NCBI GenBank assembly: GCA_023386035.1
Contig: JAEWKM010000050.1
Coordinates: 67,694 to 131,693, forward strand
Reading direction: 5' to 3'
Length of the DNA stretch: 64,000 bases
From: Pseudomonadota bacterium
GTDB taxonomy: Bacteria; Desulfobacterota; Desulfovibrionia; Desulfovibrionales; Desulfovibrionaceae
The number at the start of each line of letters is the position of its first letter. The first letter of the stretch is position 1. The notes beneath the pieces are model-generated. The model saw only the letters and a program-made list of their open reading frames with translations. It ran no database searches and was not told where the DNA came from. Shown here one piece after another: positions 32,501 to 41,000 of the stretch. The translations under genes and the position numbers were made by a program.

Positions 32501-32633
32501 TCAGAGCAAGGCATGTTGTCATGATTGGCCGGGCCAAACAGGCCCTGACAAAGAACGGCAATGACGTTTGAGCGCCGCGGATTTTCGCGGTGCCGGAGGC
32601 ACGGTCTTCCGGCGGTATATAAGGAGGCACGTT

Positions 32634-34460
32634 ATGTGCGGCATTATCGGTTACGCAGGACACAGACCAGCTGTTCCCGTTGTTGTGGAAGGGCTGCGCA
32701 GGCTTGAATATCGCGGCTATGACTCCGCTGGCGTGGCCTTTGTGCGCCAGGACAACATCCATGTGGTGCGTGCTATGGGCAAACTGGCGGCGCTGGAAGA
32801 AAAGCTCGCCCACGAGTCCGTTACCACGCCCACCTGCGCCATGGGGCATACCCGCTGGGCCACGCACGGCGTGCCCGCCGAGCGCAACGCGCACCCCCAT
32901 TGCAGCAACGACGGCTCCCTGGCCATTGTCCACAACGGCATCATCGAAAATTATCAGGCGATCAAGGCGGAATTGACGGGCAAGGGCTACACCTTCACTT
33001 CAGAAACAGACACAGAAGTGCTGGTCAACCTTATTGCCGAGCGCCGCAAAACTTCGCCCGACCTGTTGCACGCCTTTGCCACTGCCCTGCGGGAGGCCCA
33101 CGGCGCTTACGCTGTGTGTCTTATGGACAAGGACGAACCCGGCGTCATCTACGCCGCGCGCATGTCTGCCCCGCTGATCTTCGGTCAGGGAACAGGCGAA
33201 AATTTTGTTGCTTCGGATATTCCCGCCTTCCTGCCCTACACGCGGAAGGTGGTTTTTCTTCAGGACGGCGATCTGGTGCGCGCCACGGCCAGCAGCTACG
33301 AAATCTTGCGTCTTGAAGATCTGAGCCCTGTAAGCCACGAAACCCAGACCATCCAGTGGGACATGCAGGCTGCCCAAAAGGGCGGCTACCGCCACTTTAT
33401 GCTCAAAGAGATCTTTGAGCAGCCGCGCGTCATTTCTGACGGCCTTACGGGCCGTATGAACGATGATAAGAGCATGGTGCGCCTTGCAGAGCTGGATGAC
33501 CTGCCCGTGCCCAAACGCCTGCACATCGTGGCCTGCGGCACGTCCTACCATTCTGGCCTGTGGGGACGCCTCTTGCTGGAGCATTGGGCGCGCGTGCCCG
33601 TGCAGGTGGAAATAGCCTCGGAGTTTCGCTATCGCGACACTCTGCTGCTGGACAAGGACGACATGGTGCTTGTCATCAGCCAGAGCGGCGAAACCGCCGA
33701 CACTCTGGCGGCCCTGCGTATTGCAAAGCAGAACGGCGTGACCGTGCTTGGCCTGTGCAACGTGGTGGGCTCGTCCATTGCGCGCGAAGCTTCAGCCGTG
33801 CTCTACACGCAGGCCGGGCCGGAAATCAGCGTGGCCTCCACCAAGGCCATGTGCAGCCAGATGCTCATGCTGACCCTTATGGCTCTGTACTGGGGCACGC
33901 GTAAGGGCTGCCTGTCTGTGGAAGAAAGCCGCAACAATCTGCAAATGCTGGAAAACCTGCCCGCCCTGCTGGACGGCAGTTTGCCCGCAATGCATGAACG
34001 TGCCAAAGAAATCTCGCGCAAATACGCCCAGGTACACAACTTCTTCTATCTGGGCCGTGGGCATTGCTATCCTTTGGCTCTGGAAGGCGCGCTCAAGCTT
34101 AAAGAGCTTTCCTACATTCATGCCGAAGGATATGCGGCAGGCGAAATGAAGCACGGCCCCATCGCGCTTATTGACCCGAGCTTCCCCACGTTTGCCCTGG
34201 CGCTGGACGATGCCCTGCTGCCCAAGGTGAAATCCAATATGGTCGAGGTTCAGGCCCGGCAAGGACAGGTCATAGCCCTGACCAACAAGGGTGTGGAACT
34301 GGACGCCGAGGACCGCTGGGATATTCCTGCGCTGCCTGGCCCGCTTTCGGCTTTTCTGGCGCTTCCTGCGCTGCAGCTGTTCAGCTACGAAACTGCGGAC
34401 TATCTTGGCAAGGACGTGGACCAGCCGCGCAACCTGGCCAAGAGCGTGACCGTCGAGTAA
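32634..34460 (+). CDS. glmS: Glutamine--fructose-6-phosphate aminotransferase
   Basis: Starts MCGIIGY (Ntn Cys) behind AAGGAGG. Two SIS domains. Ends KSVTVE. Confidence 0.97.
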   Translation: MCGIIGYAGHRPAVPVVVEGLRRLEYRGYDSAGVAFVRQDNIHVVRAMGKLAALEEKLAHESVTTPTCAMGHTRWATHGVPAERNAHPHCSNDGSLAIVHNGIIENYQAIKAELTGKGYTFTSETDTEVLVNLIAERRKTSPDLLHAFATALREAHGAYAVCLMDKDEPGVIYAARMSAPLIFGQGTGENFVASDIPAFLPYTRKVVFLQDGDLVRATASSYEILRLEDLSPVSHETQTIQWDMQAAQKGGYRHFMLKEIFEQPRVISDGLTGRMNDDKSMVRLAELDDLPVPKRLHIVACGTSYHSGLWGRLLLEHWARVPVQVEIASEFRYRDTLLLDKDDMVLVISQSGETADTLAALRIAKQNGVTVLGLCNVVGSSIAREASAVLYTQAGPEISVASTKAMCSQMLMLTLMALYWGTRKGCLSVEESRNNLQMLENLPALLDGSLPAMHERAKEISRKYAQVHNFFYLGRGHCYPLALEGALKLKELSYIHAEGYAAGEMKHGPIALIDPSFPTFALALDDALLPKVKSNMVEVQARQGQVIALTNKGVELDAEDRWDIPALPGPLSAFLALPALQLFSYETADYLGKDVDQPRNLAKSVTVE

Positions 34461-34486
34461 TTTGCAGTTACCATTGACGCATTGTG

Positions 34487-34515
34487 AGGCCCCTGTTTCA
34501 GGGGCTTCTTTTTTA
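34487..34515 (+). terminator. Rho-independent terminator
   Basis: GCCCCT-gtttc-AGGGGC followed by TTCTTTTTT. Confidence 0.8.
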
Positions 34516-34667
34516 TGGAGAAATGCAAAAATTATGAAAAACAGGAAATACGAAGGAGTTCTTTTAAATAAAAAAGTCTTTTGCTAGGATGCCATAAAGC
34601 TTTTCTGCACTTGTTGCGAAAAGTTATAGAGAGGATGTAAAGGCGCTGCCGTCAGCAAGGTTACAGA

Positions 34668-36338
34668 ATGGAAAAGCTGGCCAAAAGAAAAATTCGCATA
34701 TTCTATTACGTAACGGGGTTTCTGGCGCTGTTGGCCCTTTCTGTGGCGCTGTCGGTGCCCTACTTCATTTCGGTGCGAAAGCAGTTTGATATGATGGTCG
34801 GCGAATCCAGGGCGCGTATATTCAAGGAAAAAAAAGACACCCTCGCAGAAAGGGTCGAAAGGGTTGTGGCCGAAATAGAAGCCATACGCCTGACTGTGTA
34901 CAAGGAATACCAGACCCTGGCCGAAGCCCAGTGCGCCATGCTGTCTACCCTTAAAATGAGCACACAGGACATTATAAACGGCTTTGATCCCAGAGTGACA
35001 AAACGTACCGCCCGGTTCGTTTTGCACAACACGGGCATTGGTCTGGCCGTTTATGACCGTGAAAGCCAGGAAATTCTGTGGACAGACGAAGATGCCCTTG
35101 TGCCCCAGCTGCTTGTTGAGTTCAAGCGCTCGCAGCAGGGGCCGTCGGAGGATTTTCCTGTATGGTCTTCCTGTAATCTTGGCGATAACCGTATGGTTGC
35201 CATTTTTGCTGTCAGGGAGGCCATAGACAATATCGCCAAAAGCCGCAGCATCGCCATTGTGCGCAGCCTGCGGTTTTCACTTAATCAGTACATTTGGATT
35301 AACGGAGTTCGTAACTACAACGGCGGGCCAGACTATGCCGTTCGCGTCGTGCACCCGTCGCTGGTCGGTGATGAAGAGGTGCTGCTGTCCACTGAAACCG
35401 CCGACCCCGCGGGCAATCTGCCCTACAAGGAAGAGCTGGAGGGCGTGCTCAAGCACGGGAGCGTCTATTTTACCTACCAGTTCAATAAAATCCATTCGGA
35501 CGAAGTGACTGAAAAACTCGCCTACGCCCAGCTGTACAAGCCCTTTGACTGGATTATATGCACGGGCATCCACACTGACGATATGGTGTCTCTGGTGGCA
35601 AAGCGCGAGGCTGATTTCAATAGGGCTTTCAAGAATCAAATATCTTCCTACGCCAAAATAATTTCCATCATCAGCCTGCTGTACATAGGCATGATGGTTC
35701 TTTTCGAGCGCAGGCTCACCAGCATGGTCAATATTTTCATCGTCAAACTCAAGGAAGACGAGGCCGAGCTGAGGAAGGAAAAAAACAAGCTGGATGAAGC
35801 CTATCGTGAATTGCAGCGTGTAGCCTACAGTGATTTTCTCACCGGCCTGCTCAACCGCCGGGCCATGTACGAAAGGCTGGAAGAGGAGTTTTCGCGTGCT
35901 CAGCGGGACGGGCTTCAGTTCTGCCTCGTACTGGCAGACATTGACCACTTCAAGTCCGTCAATGACACCTACGGCCATAATACGGGCGACGTGGTGCTGA
36001 AGGCCATTGCCGAGATTTTTCGCCAGAATATTCACCCCGAAGACAGCGCCTCGCGCTGGGGCGGCGAAGAGTTTCTTATTCTTGCCCTTTCAAGCTCCCT
36101 GAAAGAAGGCCTTGTTCTGGCGGAAACCCTGCGTCAAACAGTGGAAAGCACGACGATTCACGATGGCGATATCGCCATTAACGCGACCATCACTTTGGGA
36201 GTGGTGGAGTATGCTCCGGGTAAATCTTTCGACGCTCTCATCAAGGAAGCGGATTTTTACCTTTATGCGGGTAAAAAGCGGCAAAGAAACTGCGTCATGT
36301 CCAGTGAAAGTTCAGGCGAAGCTCCACTAAAAATATGA
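34668..36338 (+). CDS. Cache-type sensor diguanylate cyclase (GGDEF)
   Basis: N-terminal TM, a periplasmic Cache-like region and a second TM. GGDEF domain (DFLTGLLNRR, DIDHFKSVNDTYGH, RWGGEEFLIL). Confidence 0.88.
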   Translation: MEKLAKRKIRIFYYVTGFLALLALSVALSVPYFISVRKQFDMMVGESRARIFKEKKDTLAERVERVVAEIEAIRLTVYKEYQTLAEAQCAMLSTLKMSTQDIINGFDPRVTKRTARFVLHNTGIGLAVYDRESQEILWTDEDALVPQLLVEFKRSQQGPSEDFPVWSSCNLGDNRMVAIFAVREAIDNIAKSRSIAIVRSLRFSLNQYIWINGVRNYNGGPDYAVRVVHPSLVGDEEVLLSTETADPAGNLPYKEELEGVLKHGSVYFTYQFNKIHSDEVTEKLAYAQLYKPFDWIICTGIHTDDMVSLVAKREADFNRAFKNQISSYAKIISIISLLYIGMMVLFERRLTSMVNIFIVKLKEDEAELRKEKNKLDEAYRELQRVAYSDFLTGLLNRRAMYERLEEEFSRAQRDGLQFCLVLADIDHFKSVNDTYGHNTGDVVLKAIAEIFRQNIHPEDSASRWGGEEFLILALSSSLKEGLVLAETLRQTVESTTIHDGDIAINATITLGVVEYAPGKSFDALIKEADFYLYAGKKRQRNCVMSSESSGEAPLKI

Positions 36339-36382
36339 TAGTTATGCATAGGTAAACGCGACATTTCAAAAGAAGCGCAGAG

Positions 36383-36424
36383 CCAGACAAAACAGCCCGG
36401 AAACTTCCGGGCTGTTTTGTCTGG
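36383..36424. terminator. Bidirectional terminator hairpin between convergent genes
   Basis: CCAGACAAAACAGCCCGGAA-ac-TTCCGGGCTGTTTTGTCTGG: a long, perfect stem. Confidence 0.75.
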
Positions 36425-36473
36425 CATAAAATGCGTTGTGTAAAAGCGGGCAGGGTTCCTACAAGGGCGGTTC

Positions 36474-37892
36474 CTACAAGTATGGTGAAAAAATCCAGCA
36501 GGCGGCGTTGCGCAGTCTGACGGGCAGCGACAGTTTTTTCAGGTCTGCAGCAGTAATTTCTGTGCTCTGGGCGATGGTCGCGTCGATATGTGACGCGACC
36601 TGCTTGCAAAACTGCGGATCAAACACTTCCATATTCAGTTCAAAATTGAGGCGCAAACTGCGAGTGTCCAGGTTGGCCGAACCCACCTGGCTGTAATAAT
36701 AGTCCACGGTGAGCAGCTTGGTGTGGGCAAAGGGCGGCGGCTGATACCACACGCGCACGCCAGCTTCGATCAGCGTGGGCAGCAGGCGAAATTGCGCCCA
36801 GTGCACATAAAACAGGTTGTTTTTGGCTGGCAGCACCACGCTTACGTCCACACCTCGCTGCGCCGCGCTGCGCAGGGCCGACACAAGGCCGTGCGAGGGC
36901 AGAAAATAGGGCGTCATGATGCGGACAGACTGGCGGGCGGCATTGACCACACCGCAGTAAATGTCGTTGAGCACATCCGCTTCTGAGCCGGGGCCGTCCA
37001 TAATGATGCGGCAATGGCTTTCGCCAGCGGGCAGGGTGCTGGCCGGGGGAAGCGGCGTGTACTTGCCCGTGCAGAAACCCCAGTTGAGCAGGAAGGCCCG
37101 GCGTAGCTGGTCCACAATGGGGCCCTGGCAATGAAAGTGCATGTCCTGAACGTACTTGGTCTTTCCGGCTGCGATATTGTCGTCGGAAATATTCATGCCG
37201 CCCGTAAAGGCAGTATTGTCGCAAACAAGCATTTTGCGGTGGTTACGCAGGTTGATGCTGAAATTGGGCGGAAAGAGGCGCGGCGGCAGAAACATTGCCA
37301 CCTGAACACCGTGTTCTGCCAGATTTTTCCAGGGTTTGCGCCAGGAATACAGCATGCCGATGCCGTCTACCAGCAAACGCACATCAACGCCGCGCTGCGC
37401 CGCTTCGGTCAGGGCCTCGCCAAACTCCGTGGCGACCTTGCCCGCGTTGAAAATATAGGTGCAGAGAAAAACCTGCTTTTTGGCTTCACGGATGGCCTTG
37501 AGCATAAGCGGGTACGCTTCGTCGCCGTTGTGCAGGGGCGTGAGGCTGTTGCCGACGGACAGATGCTGCTCCGTCAGGTGGCGGCCAATTTTTTCCATAC
37601 TGATGATGTAATCGGGCAGCCCTTCCGGCGGTGTCTTGGGAAAAGGCGGATGGGCATAGTCTGGTTCAAGCGGTTCCTGACGCCGCATTATGCGGCTGGC
37701 GTGGCTCTCTGCCCGGCTGATGCCAAAGGTCGCGTACAAAAGGGGACCCACCAGCGGCAGAAGCAGGGCCGTCACGGTCCATCCCAGAGCCGCACGGGGA
37801 TCGTGCTTGGTCAGCAACGCGTGGCAGACGGCAATCCATGACAAGATGTGTACGGCCAGCAAAGCCAGTGTTTCCAACACTCCTATGATCAT
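36474..37892 (-). CDS. cls: Cardiolipin synthase (phospholipase D family)
   Basis: Two HKD motifs (NHRKMLVCD, HTKLLTVD...GSANLD). N-terminal TM helices. Start at MIIGVLETL with an AAGGA RBS. Confidence 0.9.
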   Translation of the reverse strand: MIIGVLETLALLAVHILSWIAVCHALLTKHDPRAALGWTVTALLLPLVGPLLYATFGISRAESHASRIMRRQEPLEPDYAHPPFPKTPPEGLPDYIISMEKIGRHLTEQHLSVGNSLTPLHNGDEAYPLMLKAIREAKKQVFLCTYIFNAGKVATEFGEALTEAAQRGVDVRLLVDGIGMLYSWRKPWKNLAEHGVQVAMFLPPRLFPPNFSINLRNHRKMLVCDNTAFTGGMNISDDNIAAGKTKYVQDMHFHCQGPIVDQLRRAFLLNWGFCTGKYTPLPPASTLPAGESHCRIIMDGPGSEADVLNDIYCGVVNAARQSVRIMTPYFLPSHGLVSALRSAAQRGVDVSVVLPAKNNLFYVHWAQFRLLPTLIEAGVRVWYQPPPFAHTKLLTVDYYYSQVGSANLDTRSLRLNFELNMEVFDPQFCKQVASHIDATIAQSTEITAADLKKLSLPVRLRNAACWIFSPYL

Positions 37893-38030
37893 GCCATATC
37901 CTTTGCGAGGGGTGGTTCTAGTACTGCAATTCGCCGGGCGCACGCCAAAAGGGGGCAGAACGGCCAGGTGCCGTGTTGAAAAGGGATTTTCTGTCCCGGT
38001 TTTAGGCAATTGCAGGTTGGAAAATGTACG

Positions 38031-38076
38031 CCAGAATCGGGCCGCCCGCGGTATCCGGCTGACGGCCCGATTCTGG
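38031..38076 (-). terminator. Possible terminator hairpin after the giant sensor gene
   Basis: CCAGAATCGGGCCG ... CGGCCCGATTCTGG (14-bp arms). On the minus strand a short T-run follows a few nt later. Confidence 0.45.
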
Positions 38077-38087
38077 ATAAATTCATG

Positions 38088-41000
38088 CTATCGGCCCTGA
38101 TGGCGCGGGTTGAGCGCAATGCGGTTGCGTTCAACAGCTACGGACAGTTCGGGCAAGAGATCGCGCAGGGCGTTCATGTCGTTGGCCTTGGCAGCTCGTT
38201 CCACGCAGCGGGCCATGCGCGCCAGCACACGGAAACCGAATGCGTCGGAATCGTTGGCAATGCGTCCGGCAGCTTCGCCAACGCCGTGGCAACTGCGCCC
38301 TTTGTATGCCCGTTGGGCGTCTTCCATTGCCTCATCCAGACGGTGTACCAGCTGTATGAGGGTTTTATCCTCCTGAACTGGCGGCGTCGCCATAACTGGT
38401 GCTGTTGCCTGCGGCACGGGCTGTGCCTGCGCCTCTTCCTGCCGTCTCATTGAGGGCTGTTGCTCAGGAGCCTGGGGTGCTGCGCCTTGCCCTGCGGGCG
38501 GCGGAGTTGCACCTGCGATAAAGTCCACAAACGAAGGTTCGCTGTCGGTTCCCTGCCTTGTGGCGGCAGTGCGCGAGGCACCGGACGGCTTTTCAAGGCC
38601 TGCCGGGGCAGAGGCAGAGGACGGAGCAACGGGTTCGGGTGCTGATTCGGAAGCAGCCACGTTGCCCAGAAGCTTCAGTATGAGCCTGCCTGTGGCCGTG
38701 CGAGGCAACTCCCGGGGCTTCTGGGCTGCTGCCACGGGTTCCTGAGCGGGCACAGCCGTTGAAGTCGCCGCTCCCTTGCCTTCTGTTTCAGAAAGATTCG
38801 GACCGGGCCAGGGAATGGCGCGCAAAGGCTTGGCAGGCGCATCTGACGTCGCAGCGTCTGTGCCGGGCAGGCTGGCATTCTGCGCCGTTGGCGTTGCCAG
38901 CGATCTTGCCTGCGCGGGGCGCTCTGCGCTTTCAGCAGAGGCGCTTTTGGTCATGGGCATGGGTTCGCCCACCCATTCGCCGGAACCAGACATGCTGGGG
39001 CTCACATAGGAGCGGGATTCCGTCCTGTCTTTTGAGGTTTGGGAGGCTGTGGATGTTGCAGGAGCGTTAACGCTTGCGGTACGCACGCTTGTGGAAGGCG
39101 GCGTGCCGATGGGCATGGGTTCGCCCACCCACTCATCGCCCTGCAGGCTGTCGTGCTGCGCTGCGTCAGATCCGGGAAAATTGCGGTCCAGGTATTCCTC
39201 AGGGCTTGTAGCCTGGGCTGTCTCTGCCGTGCCCGCGACGCGAACTTCCGGCTGGGCCTGAGGCTGTTCTGCCTTTACATCTTCCCCGGTGTGCGAGGTG
39301 TTCGACTGCGGGGCGCTGGGCGCAAAAGACGTAGCAGGCGCGTTGACTGGCCGCAGTACGGCTTCACCAATTTTACCCTGAATCGTAATGACGGGCTGGC
39401 CCGCATGCGCGGTGGAGTTGCTTATGGCTGCGGCCAGACTGGCCGCAGGAGAACCTGTTTCGTCCGCACGGGATTCCGGCGCGGCGTCCACACCAGAAGT
39501 GGGGTCTGTAAAAGCGGTATGTTCAGAAGTACCGTCATTGGCCGGCTGACTGCTGGTGGGGTCTGCCTCTGTTGTTGAAAGCTCTTCAGGCCGCACTTCT
39601 GCTGGCATTTCTGCCGCATCAGAACTTTCGGTCAGGTATTCTCCCTCAACGGCCACAACATCTTCTGTGGCGGCTTCTTCGTCAATGTCTTCGCTGTGCT
39701 GTTGGGCAGGTTCCTTCTGGCTTTGCTCTGGCCGGGTTGTCTCAGACTGGGCTGGCCCTGCTTGTACAGGCACGGGCTGACCCAGAGAATCCTGATCTTC
39801 CATAGGGGTGGATGCATCAGGCTGGTCCTCAGAAAAATGAGAAGGCTGCTGCGTTGCATCCTCATGCGGCATGGCTTGTTCTGGGCCGGAAAGGGAGTTT
39901 TCAGGCGCAGTGGCATCAGCAGGGGACTCGGGTGCCGAAATGCTTTCAGTGTCCCACTGAGGGCCTTCCAGCCCCGCAGCGGCAATGAAGTCGGCAGCGT
40001 CTAAAGATGCATCAAGACCGTCGTGTTCAGAAGCGTCGTGCGCTGTGTCAGCATCCAGAGCGTCGTCAGGCGTCACAAAGGATTCAGCTTCGGGCAGAAC
40101 GCTGCTGAATTCGCCCTGCGCGTTCTCCTGTTTCGGTTGTTCGGGCATGCCCTCGGCGGCCAACTCTTCCACAGGCTTTGCATGGGCTTGCGGCGTCGCG
40201 TCAGTCGTGTCGTCTTCAATCAGGTTCTGACCGTCGCCATCTTCAAGGCCAGCGGAAGCGGCGGCCTCACTGGAAGCATCAGAGTCAATGGAGTTATCCG
40301 TGGACCCTGAGGAGTCCGGGAAATCCGTGGAGCCGAGGGTATCCGTCGCGTCGGCACCATCAAGCATGTCTGCGGCATCGCTTGCGTCAGCGTCGGTGGT
40401 GGCTTCTGAAGCGGCAAGAGATTCAAAGCTCAGATCAGCGGAGAGTTCTTCATTGCTTTCGGCGACGTCATTCACGGCGCTGTTTTCGGGCATGCCCGGC
40501 AAAGGCAGTTGCAGGGATTCCAGATTGGAAAGATCCGGCATATCGGGGTCATTGGGATCTTCCGGCTGTTCCGGCAGGGGAGCCATGTGGGGCAAAAGCA
40601 CCCCGGCATCCGCAACCATAGTCGCCTCTGTGGCGTCAAGATGGGCGTCCGCGTCTTCATGCGGCTCCATTGCGGCATCAGGGCCAGAAGTGGCGGAATC
40701 AGAAGCCTCGGGCCACGGCAGCGTTGTTTCGCGCATCTGATCGGTCATGCCGAGAATTTGCGGCAGGGCTGTAAGGTCGGGCAGACGCATGCTGCTTGCA
40801 TCGTGGGGTGTCCAGGGAGAACTTGCGCCAAAAAGGTCGGGCAGCTCTGAAAGAGAACCCTCTGCCGTGCCGGGCGCACTGCCTTGGGCTTCTTCTGTAT
40901 GACTTTGCCCATCAACAGTTTCAGCAGCCGTTGCGGCAGTTTCAGCATCAACCTGGGCATCTCCGGTCTCGGGCGCTTGCTGCACGTCTTGCGCATTGAG